Below are positions 13,478 through 23,004 of a DNA stretch of 35,227 bases, piece after piece. The DNA is taken from contig CAMUZJ010000002.1 in the NCBI GenBank assembly GCA_947165195.1, positions 1 to 35,227 of the forward strand, given 5' to 3'. The DNA is from an uncultured Bacillota bacterium. GTDB taxonomy: Bacteria; Bacillota_I; Bacilli_A; RF39; UBA660. Under the pieces are notes generated by a model that was not told where the DNA came from, did not search any database, and was given only the letters and a program-made list of their open reading frames with translations. Both the position numbers and the translations under genes were made by a program. The number at the start of each line of letters is the position of its first letter. The first letter of the stretch is position 1.

Positions 13478-15586
13478 ATGAGAGATAATGTAATTAATAT
13501 TCTAAAAAATAGTGATAAGGCTTTATCTATTTTTGAACTTGCTGATTTATTAGGAGCAACTACTGTGGAAGATACAAAAGAATTAATAGAAGTACTTGAA
13601 AGTTTGGAAAAAGAAGCTGTTATATATCATTCTAACAAAGATAAATATCTATTATTAGAAAATAGCCATCTTAGAAAAGGTGTTATGCGTGCTAATAAGA
13701 AAGGCTTTGGATTTGTAGAAGTAGAATCTCAAGAAGAAGATATTTATATTTCTCAAGATAATATGAATGGAGCTATTCACGATGATATTGTTTTAGTTGA
13801 AATTACTAGTAAAAAGAATATTGATCGATTAGAGGGTAGAATTCTAAGAGTATTAAAAAGAGAAAATAAACGCTTTGTAGGAGAAATAAATTTTGATTCT
13901 AAAGGAGTTGGACATATTACTTTAGATGAAAATAAAATAAAATTAAATATTCAAATTCCAAAAGACAAAACTTTGAATGCTGTAGATGGACACAAAGTAG
14001 TAGTAGAGTTAGTCAAACCACTTAATAATAATTTACGATATGAAGGAAAAGTAATAGAAATTATAGGACATAAGAATGATCCTGGAGTAGATATATTGTC
14101 TATTATTTATAAGTATAATTTTAATACAGAATTTCCCGATGCTGTTAAAGAAGAAGTCTCTACTATGCCAATGGAAGTATTAGAGAAAGATTTAACAGGT
14201 AGAAGAGATTTACGAGATGTAGAAATATTTACAATTGATGGGGATGATACCAAAGATATTGATGATGCTATTTCTATTAAAAGGCTATCTAATGGTCATT
14301 ATGAATTAGGAGTTCATATAGCAGATGTTAGTTATTATGTAAAAGAAGGTTCTCCACTAGATGATGAAGCAATGGAAAGAGGTACTAGTGTTTATTTAGT
14401 AGACAGAGTAATTCCTATGCTTCCTCACGAGTTATCTAACGGAATTTGTTCTCTTAATCCAAATGTTGATAGATTAGCAGTTTCTTGTGTAATGGAATTT
14501 GATAATAAAGGAAAGCAAATTAGTTATGAAATATTTCCTAGTGTTATAAAATCTAGAATTCAGATGACTTATAAAAAAGTTAATTCTATATTAGAAAATA
14601 ATGTAATACCAGAAGGGTATCAACCTTATGAAAAAAGTCTTAGGATGATGGCAGAACTTGCAGAGATATTACAAAATGCTATAACAAGAAGAGGATATAT
14701 TAACTTTGAAGTGGATGAGCCAAAAATCATAGTAGATAAAGATTGTAAACCATTAGAAATAAAAGTAAGGGATAGAGGAGTTGGAGAAAGATTAATTGAG
14801 TCTTTTATGATAGCTGCTAATGAATGTGTAGCAACTCATATTTATTTTATGAATTTGCCTTTTATTTATCGTGTACATGAAGTGCCAAAAGATGATAAGA
14901 TTAGAGGCTTTTTAGGATTTGTTAGTAGTTTAGGCTATAAATTAACAGGTGATTTAAACGATACAAAACCTACTACTATGCAAAGAATTTTGAAGCAATT
15001 AGAAAATAAGAAAGAATATAAAATACTAGCAGCTCTATTACTTAGAAGTATGCAAAAAGCTGTCTATAAACCTGAAAACTTAGGACATTATGGTCTTGCT
15101 AGTAGTTGTTATACTCACTTTACTTCTCCAATTAGAAGATATCCTGATACGACTGTTCATAGACTATTACATACCTATTTATTTGATGGTAAAATAGATA
15201 TGTCTACTATTTCGAAGTGGGAAGAGAAGTTAATTTATATAGCTGATCATTCTTCTGCAAGAGAAAGGGCTTCTGTTGATTGTGAACGTGAAGTAGAGGA
15301 TATGAAAATGGCTGAATATATGGAAGGTCATATAGGAGAAGAGTTTGAAGGTATGATTTCTTCTGTAACTAGCTTTGGTATGTTTGTTGAATTAGATAAT
15401 TTAATCGAAGGATTAGTTCCAATTAAAGATATGAAAGATTTCTTTCATTATGATGAAGAGCATATGACTTTGACTGGAGAAAGAACTCATATTAAGTATC
15501 GTATTGGAGAAAGAGTAGTTGTGAAAGTTGTTAGAGCTTCTAAAGAGGATAAAACAATAGACTTTGAAGTTATTAAGAAGGTGTAG
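13478..15586 (+). CDS. rnr: Ribonuclease R (3'-5' exoribonuclease, RNB family)
   Basis: It has an N-terminal winged-helix and cold-shock region, an RNB catalytic core (FTIDGDDTKDIDDAISI, HFTSPIRRYPD) and a C-terminal S1 domain (EEFEGMISSVTSFGMFVEL). The protein ends right after S1, with no Lys-rich tail. Confidence 0.92.
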   Translation: MRDNVINILKNSDKALSIFELADLLGATTVEDTKELIEVLESLEKEAVIYHSNKDKYLLLENSHLRKGVMRANKKGFGFVEVESQEEDIYISQDNMNGAIHDDIVLVEITSKKNIDRLEGRILRVLKRENKRFVGEINFDSKGVGHITLDENKIKLNIQIPKDKTLNAVDGHKVVVELVKPLNNNLRYEGKVIEIIGHKNDPGVDILSIIYKYNFNTEFPDAVKEEVSTMPMEVLEKDLTGRRDLRDVEIFTIDGDDTKDIDDAISIKRLSNGHYELGVHIADVSYYVKEGSPLDDEAMERGTSVYLVDRVIPMLPHELSNGICSLNPNVDRLAVSCVMEFDNKGKQISYEIFPSVIKSRIQMTYKKVNSILENNVIPEGYQPYEKSLRMMAELAEILQNAITRRGYINFEVDEPKIIVDKDCKPLEIKVRDRGVGERLIESFMIAANECVATHIYFMNLPFIYRVHEVPKDDKIRGFLGFVSSLGYKLTGDLNDTKPTTMQRILKQLENKKEYKILAALLLRSMQKAVYKPENLGHYGLASSCYTHFTSPIRRYPDTTVHRLLHTYLFDGKIDMSTISKWEEKLIYIADHSSARERASVDCEREVEDMKMAEYMEGHIGEEFEGMISSVTSFGMFVELDNLIEGLVPIKDMKDFFHYDEEHMTLTGERTHIKYRIGERVVVKVVRASKEDKTIDFEVIKKV

Positions 15587-15587
15587 T

Positions 15588-16802
15588 ATGTCAAAGAAAA
15601 AAAAGAAGATAAAGATAAATGGAAAAGTAAAAATAGCAGCTTTATTTAGTTCTGTTATTGTTTTAGGAGTTTTAGTGGGATTAGGTTTATCTAATTTTTA
15701 TATTGATAAACATTCTTTAGAAAAAAATAAAGATGAAGAAGTAGAACCTGTTGTTGTAAAGGAGCCAAAAGATTATGAAGCAAAATTAATTATGGTAGGA
15801 GATGCTCTAATTCATTGGGGCGTTTATAATGATGCCAAACAAGCAGATGGTTCTTATGATTTTAAGCCAATGTTAGCAGATTTTAAAAATATATCTACTA
15901 AATATGATTTAGCTTATTATAATCAAGAAACGGTATTAGGAGGAGCAACTTTAGGTTATTCTAGTTATCCTAGATTTAATTCTCCACAAGAAGTGGGAGA
16001 TGCTTTTATTGATGCAGGATTTAATATGGTTTCTTTAGCAACCAATCATACGATGGATAAAGGAGAACAAGGGGTGTTAAATTCTGTAGAATACTGGAAG
16101 AGTCATCCTGAGGTAGCTGCCTCTGGTCAATGGAGTAGTGAGGAGGAGAGAACTGCATCAGTTGCAACTGTTTATGAAAAAAATAATATTAAATATGCCT
16201 TTATTTCTTATACAATATGGAATAATGGATTACCTACTCCTTATGGAAAATCTTATTTAAATAATGAATATAGTGATGAGAAGGCAGCTGCTGATATTGC
16301 ATCAGTTCGAGATAAAGTAGATTTTGTAATAGTTGCTATGCACTGGGGTACAGAATATTCTTTTAAGGTAGATTATAAACAAAAAGAGATAGCGGATTAT
16401 TTATCTAGTTTAGGAGTAGATTTAATTATTGGAGCTCATCCTCATGTTATTCAAACAGTAGAATATATTAATGACAATAAAACATTTGTTATTTACTCTT
16501 TAGGAAACTTTATTAGTGATCAAGATGATATTGATAATTTTACTGGATTAGCAATGGAGGTAACTTTAAAAAAACATGTAGATGTAGATGATAATGTAAC
16601 CAATGCTGTCATTGACCCTAAAGCACAATTGGTGTATACTACTACTGTTAAGCGTGGAGGAGTTAACCATGACTTTAGGATAATTCCTTATCCTAAATTA
16701 AATAATTCTCAATTAAACAATTACATGGGATATTATGAAAAATATAAATCGATTGTAAATGAAAGATATCCTGAACTTGTTTGGGGACTATCAGGGGAGT
16801 GA
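15588..16802 (+). CDS. CapA/PGA_cap-family metallophosphoesterase-like protein, N-terminally membrane anchored
   Basis: The start is ATG 15588 after AAGAAGGTG, 1 nt past the rnr stop. A KKKKK plus TM anchor is followed by MVGDALIHW, ATNHTMD, MHWGTEYS and GAHPHV motifs typical of CapA-like proteins. It ends in TGA. Confidence 0.7.
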   Translation: MSKKKKKIKINGKVKIAALFSSVIVLGVLVGLGLSNFYIDKHSLEKNKDEEVEPVVVKEPKDYEAKLIMVGDALIHWGVYNDAKQADGSYDFKPMLADFKNISTKYDLAYYNQETVLGGATLGYSSYPRFNSPQEVGDAFIDAGFNMVSLATNHTMDKGEQGVLNSVEYWKSHPEVAASGQWSSEEERTASVATVYEKNNIKYAFISYTIWNNGLPTPYGKSYLNNEYSDEKAAADIASVRDKVDFVIVAMHWGTEYSFKVDYKQKEIADYLSSLGVDLIIGAHPHVIQTVEYINDNKTFVIYSLGNFISDQDDIDNFTGLAMEVTLKKHVDVDDNVTNAVIDPKAQLVYTTTVKRGGVNHDFRIIPYPKLNNSQLNNYMGYYEKYKSIVNERYPELVWGLSGE

Positions 16803-16806
16803 TTAT

Positions 16807-17247
16807 GTGGAAATTATTAATAGAAAGGCTCGACATGATTATTTTATAGATGAAGCATATGAGACTGGAATCGTATTGACAGGTACAGAAATAAAGTCTA
16901 TTAGAAATGGCGATTGTAATATAAAAGATTGTTATGGGATTGTTAAAAATCATGAGGTTTTTTTGCTTAATATGTATGTTGGTCAATATAAAGAAGGCAA
17001 TATTTTTAATCACGAAGAGTCAAGAGATAGAAAATTACTACTGCATAGAAAAGAAATTAGTAAGATAGAGAAGTATATTGAACAAAAGGGGTATACTTTA
17101 ATTCCTATTAAACTATATTTTAAAGAAAATAAATTAAAAGTAGAGTTAGGCGTTTGTCATGGTAAGAAAGAATATGATAAACGGGAGTCTATTAAAGAGC
17201 GAGATATAAAAAGAGAAGTTGCGAAAAACTTAAAGAATTATCGATAA
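16807..17247 (+). CDS. smpB: SsrA-binding protein SmpB
   Basis: It contains INRKARHDYFIDEAYETGIVLTGTEIKSIR and RKLLLHRKEI. I favour the GTG at 16807 as the start, 7 nt after GGGGAG and 4 nt after the CapA-like stop. The ORF-track ATG at 16759 would add 16 non-conserved residues and overlap the upstream gene by 44 nt. Confidence 0.88.
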   Translation: MEIINRKARHDYFIDEAYETGIVLTGTEIKSIRNGDCNIKDCYGIVKNHEVFLLNMYVGQYKEGNIFNHEESRDRKLLLHRKEISKIEKYIEQKGYTLIPIKLYFKENKLKVELGVCHGKKEYDKRESIKERDIKREVAKNLKNYR

Positions 17248-17253
17248 TGAGAA

Positions 17254-17278
17254 TGAGTATTTGGAATACTCATTTTTC
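17254..17278 (+). terminator. Intrinsic terminator after smpB
   Basis: Stem tgagtatt (17254-17261) pairs with aatactca (17265-17272), followed by tttttc. Confidence 0.65.
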
Positions 17279-17315
17279 TGTGTTATAATTATCTAGGATA
17301 GTAGAGGTAGTAGAT

Positions 17316-18422
17316 ATGAAGAAGTTTTTATATATTTTATTATTAATGATTATAATTATTCCTTTCAATACTTATGCTTTATCAATTGGTAGTACTACTA
17401 TTTCCTCTAGTAAGGAAGAAGAGGTAGGCAATACATTTTTTGCAACAATAAGTATTGGTTTTAATGGATTAGATAAAAAAAGTACTAATAGTGATGGAAT
17501 AGGTGCTATTATGTATCAATTGGATTTTGATGACTCTGTTCTTTCTATTACGGATGTTATGACAGATTTTTATGATAGTTCCATCTATAAAGATAGTGAT
17601 GGATATTATATTTTGAGTATTGTAGATAACGATTCTACTGGTAATAAGTGTATTGATGGAGTATTGGCTTGTTCGGATTACGAGGCAAAAGTATATTTTT
17701 ATGTCAAAAATACTGATAAAGAAGAAACAACTATTAAATTACAGGATATTGGAGTAGGATATTACCGAGTCGATGAGGATGGTTATTATGAGGAAGATGA
17801 TGTAAAAGAAGCAGAGATTACTAGTAATAAGACAACAACAATTAAAATTAAACAAACAAATAAAGAGATTAAGTCAGAACCTAAAAGTAATATAGTAAGT
17901 TCTTCTAAGCCATCTGTTGAAAGTGATAAAGTATTTTCCGTAATACAAGGTGAAAACGAAAAAACTAATACTAATGATTTTGTAGAAAGTACAACAGATG
18001 AAGAGCCTTCTCTAGTAGATTCTTCTAATAATTATTTAAAAACTCTTTCTATAAAAGATTATTTTCTTAATTTTGAAAAGAATAAATATAATTATGTTAT
18101 TAAGATACCACAAACTGTAAATAAGTTAAAATTATCTATCGAAACAGAAGATTCTAATGCTAAGTATACAGTTGTTGGAGCAGATGACTTAAAAAAGAAT
18201 AATGACATTGTAAAAATAAATGTTACTTCACAAGATGGACATAAATCTGTATATGTAATTTCTGTTAAAAGAGAAAAATTATCTAATGCAGAAGCTAATC
18301 AAATTATGACTAAATTAAATACTGGTGCGATTATTATTTCTGGTTGTGTATTTATTCTTTTAGTATTAGCTAAAATTGTATCTGTCATGAATAGAAGAAA
18401 GTTGAATAAGTTAATTAAGTAA
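17316..18422 (+). CDS. Surface protein with signal peptide, cohesin-like N-terminal module, Ser/Thr-rich linker, cadherin-like beta-sandwich module and C-terminal TM anchor
   Basis: The signal-like N-terminus is MKKFLYILLLMIIIIPFNTYA. The segment NNYLKTLSI...YNYVIKIP..VNKLKLSIETEDSNAKYTVVG...IVKINVTSQDGHKSVYVISVKRE matches my memory of the cadherin-like beta-sandwich pattern. The C-terminal TM is followed by RRK. Confidence 0.6.
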   Translation: MKKFLYILLLMIIIIPFNTYALSIGSTTISSSKEEEVGNTFFATISIGFNGLDKKSTNSDGIGAIMYQLDFDDSVLSITDVMTDFYDSSIYKDSDGYYILSIVDNDSTGNKCIDGVLACSDYEAKVYFYVKNTDKEETTIKLQDIGVGYYRVDEDGYYEEDDVKEAEITSNKTTTIKIKQTNKEIKSEPKSNIVSSSKPSVESDKVFSVIQGENEKTNTNDFVESTTDEEPSLVDSSNNYLKTLSIKDYFLNFEKNKYNYVIKIPQTVNKLKLSIETEDSNAKYTVVGADDLKKNNDIVKINVTSQDGHKSVYVISVKREKLSNAEANQIMTKLNTGAIIISGCVFILLVLAKIVSVMNRRKLNKLIK

Positions 18423-18452
18423 ACTTTCTTTTTTTGTAAAAGAAAAGAACTA

Positions 18453-19181
18453 TTACTCATAATAGTCCTTAAATTCTTTCATAAATATTTCATATAGTTT
18501 TTGTGATTTTTCTTTATCCATATCTTCTTTATCTTTATATGGGTATGGTATATTTAATTTTTTGTATTTCTCTTTTCCTAAAGAAGTATATGGTAAAAAG
18601 TCTACTCTTTTTACATTCTTAATATTCTTCTTAATAAAAGTAGCTAATTCATGAATATATTGTTCATTGTCATTAACTTCTGGAATAATGACTTGTCGTA
18701 TCCAGACTTCTACATTGGATTTATTTAATTGTTCTAAAAATTGAAAATATTTATCTAAATAATCATTTCCAGTAATTTGTTTAAATCCTTCTTTTGTAAT
18801 GTACTTAACATCTAGTAGTACTAAATCAATAGTATTAAGAAGTTCTGTATAATTTCCAAGACCAATACCCGAGGTATCTATGGCAATATGAATATTTTCT
18901 TCTTTTAGTTTTTTACAAGTACCTACTAAAAAGTCATATTGTAGTAGGGGTTCTCCACCAGAAAAAGTTACTCCTCCATTATTTCTTTTAAAATATGGTT
19001 TGTTTCTAAGACATTTTTTTACTATTTCATCACTAGTAATGTTGTTTTTTTGAAGTTTCCAGGTTTCAGGATTATGACAATATTTACATCTTAGATGACA
19101 TCCATTTAAAAATATTACTGTACGTACTCCCGGTCCATCTAAAAGAGCAAATGTTTCGATTGAATTTACTGATCCTAACAT
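18453..19181 (-). CDS. pflA: Pyruvate formate-lyase activating enzyme (radical SAM)
   Basis: It has a CxxxCxxC cluster (GCHLRCKYCHNPETW) and a GGVTFSGGEPLLQ motif. It lies 1 nt downstream of pflB. Confidence 0.93.
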   Translation of the reverse strand: MLGSVNSIETFALLDGPGVRTVIFLNGCHLRCKYCHNPETWKLQKNNITSDEIVKKCLRNKPYFKRNNGGVTFSGGEPLLQYDFLVGTCKKLKEENIHIAIDTSGIGLGNYTELLNTIDLVLLDVKYITKEGFKQITGNDYLDKYFQFLEQLNKSNVEVWIRQVIIPEVNDNEQYIHELATFIKKNIKNVKRVDFLPYTSLGKEKYKKLNIPYPYKDKEDMDKEKSQKLYEIFMKEFKDYYE

Positions 19182-19182
19182 A

Positions 19183-21411
19183 TTATATCTTCTCGTGAAA
19201 AGTTCTTTGAATAACTTCTTCTTGTTGTTGTTTTGTTAGTCGATTAAATCTTACAGCATATCCTGAAACTCTAATCGTTAATAATGGATACTTATCTGGG
19301 TTATTAATGGCATCTATTAAAGTTTCTCTATTTAATACATTGACATTTAAGTGATGTGCTCCTTGTTGAAAGTAACCTTCCATTAGGGATACTAAATTTT
19401 CTATTCTTTCTTCATCTGTTATTCCTAAGGAAGTTGGAATGATAGAAAATGTATTAGAAATACCATCTCTACAACAATTACTCCAATTTAATTTAGCTAC
19501 GGAGTTTAGTGAAGCTATGGCACCAGATGAATCTCTTCCGTGCATTGGATTAGCTCCAGGAGCAAATGGTTCCCCTATTTTTCTTCCATCAGGAGTAGAA
19601 CCTGTTTTGGTACCGTATACAACATTGGATGTAATAGTTAAGACTGATAAAGTTGGTTGAGCATTTCGATAACATGGATGAGATTCAAGTTCTTTAAAGA
19701 ATTTTTCTACTATTTCTTTAGCAATATTATCTACTCTGTCATCATCGTTTCCGTATTTTGGAAAATCTCCTTCTATTTCGAAGTCAATAGCAATTCCTTC
19801 TTCATCTCTAATAGGCCTTACTTTAGCATATTTAATAGCAGATAAGGAATCAGCTACTACAGATAATCCGGCTACTCCATAGGCCATTAATCTATTTACA
19901 TTTGTATCATGTAGAGCCATTTGGGATGATTCATATGCATATTTGTCATGCATGTAATGAATAATATTCATCGCATCACAATATATTTTAGCAATTTTTT
20001 CTAGCATTTTCCAATAAGCATTCTTCACTTTTTCATAATCTAAAATTTTATCATTTATTTTCTCAAATCCTGAAATGACTAATTCTCTTTTTATTTCATC
20101 TATTCCACCATTAATTGCATATAATAAAGCTTTAGCTAAATTACAGCGTGCTCCAAAGTATTGCATATCTTTTCCTAATCTCATAGCTGATACGCAACAA
20201 GCTATCGCATAATCATCTCCCATAGTAGGTCTCATAACATCATCATTTTCATATTGAATAGAGTCAGTTTGAATACTCATTTTGGCACAATATTTTTTAA
20301 AATTTTCTGGTAATTTTTCGGACCATAATACGGTCATATTTGGTTCTGGTGCTGGATCTAAGTTAGTTAAAGTATGTAAAATTCTATAAGAAGTTTTTGT
20401 AACCATACTATGTTCTTCTGTTGTAATACCACCGATAGAGCAAGTTACCCAAGTGGGGTCACCGGAAAATAATTCATCATATTCTGGAGTTCTTAAATGT
20501 CTCATAATACGCAATTTAATTACAAATTGATCAATAATTTCCTGTGCTTCTTCTTCTGTTAAAGTATGATTTTCAAAATCTCTTTGAAAATAAATATCAA
20601 AGAAAGCATCGACTCTTCCTAAAGACATAGCAGCACCATTATTTTCTTTAACAGTCGCTAAGTAAGCAAAATAAGTCCATTGTACTGCTTCTTTGGCATT
20701 AACTGCTGGTCTAGATATATCATATCCATAAGTAGCAGCCATTTTCTTGATATCTTCTAAAGCTCTTATTTGAACAGATACTTCTTCTCTTAGACGGATA
20801 GTGGATTCATCCATTATATCTATTTTCATTGTATCTAAGTCATTTTGTTTTTGTTCTATCAAATAATCAATACCATATAAAGCAACTCTTCTATAGTCAC
20901 CTATAATTCTACCTCTTCCATAAGCATCAGGTAATCCAGTTAATAATCCAACATGTCTTGCTTTTAAAATATCTTTTGTGTAAGCATCAAATACTCCTTG
21001 ATTATGTGTTTTTCTAAATTCATTAAAGTATTTATCTACTTCGGGATTTAATTCATATCCATATGCATCTAACTCTTGATATACCATACGAATTCCGCCG
21101 TATGGATTAACGATTCTTTTTAGTGGAGCATCCGTTTGTAAACCAACGATTACTTCATTTTCTTTGTCAATATATCCAGGGGCAAAGACATTAATACCGG
21201 ACATATGGTCTACATCAATATCTAATACATGTTTTCTTAATTCTTCTTTTAGAAGTTCTTCGCATTTTTTCCAAACTTTATCTGTTTTATTTGTTTTGTT
21301 AGAAAGAAAATCTTCATTTCCATTGTATGGATAGTAATTTATTTTTATAAAATCATTTACGTTAACTTCATTACACCATTTTCCTTCCTTAAAACCTTTC
21401 CATTCTATCAT
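19183..21411 (-). CDS. pflB: Formate C-acetyltransferase (pyruvate formate-lyase)
   Basis: It has the glycyl-radical motif RVSGYAVRF near the C-terminus and an active-site Cys pair (ACCVSAM). The protein is 742 aa with an AAGGAG RBS. Confidence 0.96.
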   Translation of the reverse strand: MIEWKGFKEGKWCNEVNVNDFIKINYYPYNGNEDFLSNKTNKTDKVWKKCEELLKEELRKHVLDIDVDHMSGINVFAPGYIDKENEVIVGLQTDAPLKRIVNPYGGIRMVYQELDAYGYELNPEVDKYFNEFRKTHNQGVFDAYTKDILKARHVGLLTGLPDAYGRGRIIGDYRRVALYGIDYLIEQKQNDLDTMKIDIMDESTIRLREEVSVQIRALEDIKKMAATYGYDISRPAVNAKEAVQWTYFAYLATVKENNGAAMSLGRVDAFFDIYFQRDFENHTLTEEEAQEIIDQFVIKLRIMRHLRTPEYDELFSGDPTWVTCSIGGITTEEHSMVTKTSYRILHTLTNLDPAPEPNMTVLWSEKLPENFKKYCAKMSIQTDSIQYENDDVMRPTMGDDYAIACCVSAMRLGKDMQYFGARCNLAKALLYAINGGIDEIKRELVISGFEKINDKILDYEKVKNAYWKMLEKIAKIYCDAMNIIHYMHDKYAYESSQMALHDTNVNRLMAYGVAGLSVVADSLSAIKYAKVRPIRDEEGIAIDFEIEGDFPKYGNDDDRVDNIAKEIVEKFFKELESHPCYRNAQPTLSVLTITSNVVYGTKTGSTPDGRKIGEPFAPGANPMHGRDSSGAIASLNSVAKLNWSNCCRDGISNTFSIIPTSLGITDEERIENLVSLMEGYFQQGAHHLNVNVLNRETLIDAINNPDKYPLLTIRVSGYAVRFNRLTKQQQEEVIQRTFHEKI

Positions 21412-21521
21412 GTTTTCTGTCTCCTTTTCTTGATATTATAACATGAATTTTTTTGTTTTTCTATTGTTGTATAAACATATATTAATAGTATATAATGTTT
21501 TTTAGAATTGGGTGATAATTA

Positions 21522-22451
21522 GTGGTAATTTTTAAGAATAAATATAATTGTTTTTATAGTTCTTTAATAGATAAATTTTGTGTGATTCCTATTGAAAATA
21601 CCGATTACGTTCCACAAGGAGTTTGTTCAATAGATGATTATATTGTAATTTCTTGTTATGATTATAAGCATGAGAAAAATTCGATTTTGTTAGTTTGTTC
21701 TAAAAATTGTCACAAAATAATTTATTTGAAATACAAAATTCATTGTGGTGGGATATGTTATCATAAAGAAACGGATAGTTTATTTGTATGTGGAGAGGGG
21801 AAAAATAATAAATCGTTTATCCACAGATATTGTGGAAAAAACATTTTACAACTAGGAAATAATTCTATATTAGATGTGGATAAAAAATATTGCGTAGATG
21901 AGACGTGTGATTTATATTCATCAGCTGCGAAGACCAGCTCTCCTGCTTATATTACTTGTTTTAATAATGAATTATATGTTGGTAATTTTGTGGATTATAA
22001 GGTAGTAAATAAGAAAAGTGTTATCAAGAAGTTTAAAATACTTTCTAATGGAGATTTAAGTAAGAAAAGTGATTTGTATGAAATACCATACAAGAATGTT
22101 CAAGGAATGTGTGTTTATAAGTATCAAAATAACATTTATTATATATTTAGTAGATCTTTTGGTAGATTTAGAAATTCTATTTTAAATATTGCAAGGTTTG
22201 ATAATGGTTCTTTTACAACGCTAAATTCTATTGTTTTTCCTTGTATGGCAGAACAGATAAATACTTATAATCATAATTTAATGATTATTTTTGAATCTTG
22301 TGCTTCGTGTTATTCTTATAATGCAATTAATAGTAGCCAATATGTATATTTATTGGATTTTAAAAAGTTACAAAATTGCCAGGATAATTTTAAATGTTTT
22401 TGTAAAGGGGATAAACTGTTTATTAGTAATAAGGGTATTGCTTTATGTTGA
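21522..22451 (+). CDS. Hypothetical Cys-rich protein (309 aa, family not recognised)
   Basis: A long ORF with a GTG start 6 nt after GGGTGA. A putative promoter reads TTGTAT, 18 nt, TATAAT upstream. It has about 21 Cys and no signal peptide or TM segment that I can see. Confidence 0.55.
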   Translation: MVIFKNKYNCFYSSLIDKFCVIPIENTDYVPQGVCSIDDYIVISCYDYKHEKNSILLVCSKNCHKIIYLKYKIHCGGICYHKETDSLFVCGEGKNNKSFIHRYCGKNILQLGNNSILDVDKKYCVDETCDLYSSAAKTSSPAYITCFNNELYVGNFVDYKVVNKKSVIKKFKILSNGDLSKKSDLYEIPYKNVQGMCVYKYQNNIYYIFSRSFGRFRNSILNIARFDNGSFTTLNSIVFPCMAEQINTYNHNLMIIFESCASCYSYNAINSSQYVYLLDFKKLQNCQDNFKCFCKGDKLFISNKGIALC

Positions 22452-22455
22452 TATC

Positions 22456-22484
22456 TAGACAAGACATTAAAATTATGTTATAAT
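22456..22484 (+). promoter_or_regulatory. Promoter of ssrA
   Basis: TAGACA (22456-22461), a 17-nt spacer, then an extended -10 TGtTATAAT (22476-22484), ending 10 nt before the mature tmRNA 5' end. Confidence 0.7.
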
Positions 22485-22494
22485 CTATGTGCAT

Positions 22495-22873
22495 GGGGTT
22501 GATTTGGTTTCGACGGGAATAGAAGAGCATAGATGGCAAGTCGGATGTTTCACGTTACGAGCAAAAAAAATAAATGCAAAAAATATTAAAAACGTATTCG
22601 CAAACATGTTTGGTGGAAATCAAGCTGTTGCTTTTGCCTAATTTAAAATAGGGAATACACTTCATATTATCTTTACCTAAGGGATAATTTGGGGTTCATA
22701 TTATTAGGTTATGACTATTGTTTGTCTAAACAATAGTAAGAATCTTTAGACTGGTATATTATCTTTGTCGTTAACTACTTGGATAATATACGAGATTATT
22801 TAGTTAACTAAACTTGTAGAGGTTTATGTAGCTTTGTTTTCGGACAGGAGTTCGATTCTCCTCAGCTCCACCA
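22495..22873 (+). ncRNA. ssrA: Transfer-messenger RNA (tmRNA, SsrA)
   Basis: The 5' end is GGGGUUGAUUUGGUUUCGACGGG. The 3' end is GGACAGGAGUUCGAUUCUCCUCAGCUCCACCA, with a T-arm and encoded CCA. The acceptor stem includes a G3-U pair. An internal tag reading frame runs from GCA at 22576 to TAA at 22639. Confidence 0.95.
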
Positions 22874-22889
22874 TAAATTGATAATAATT

Positions 22890-22913
22890 CGGATGTTTAA
22901 TCCGCTTTTTTTA
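22890..22913 (+). terminator. Weak intrinsic terminator after ssrA
   Basis: Stem cggat pairs with atccg (5 bp), followed by cttttttttatttg. Confidence 0.45.
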
Positions 22914-23004
22914 TTTGTTTTTTTGATTGGGTATCAGATACTAATAAAAAAAATTAAAAAAATATTTACAAATCTATATAAAATGTAGTACACTTTACTA
23001 AGTT

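Noticed and set aside
16800-16802. The organism might use genetic code 4 (TGA = Trp, as in Mollicutes), given the AFA-type tmRNA tag and high AT content.
   Set aside because: All conserved proteins in the window are full length under the standard code with Trp encoded by TGG. No in-frame TGA occurs in rpoC, fusA, tuf, proS, pflB or the others. The single TGA seen ends the CapA-like CDS, where read-through would add only 6 codons.
16693-17013. A 106-aa minus-strand ORF lies opposite the capA end and smpB start.
   Set aside because: It is antisense to conserved SmpB residues and reads as an Ile/Asn/Phe-rich shadow ORF.
19439-19845. Two plus-strand ORFs (73 aa and 62 aa) lie inside pflB.
   Set aside because: They are antisense to the glycyl-radical enzyme CDS, with no RBS.
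22874-23004. A genomic island or prophage might be integrated at the tmRNA 3' end.
   Set aside because: There is no integrase. I found no direct repeat of the ssrA 3' end downstream. The following genes are housekeeping genes with the same AT-rich composition.
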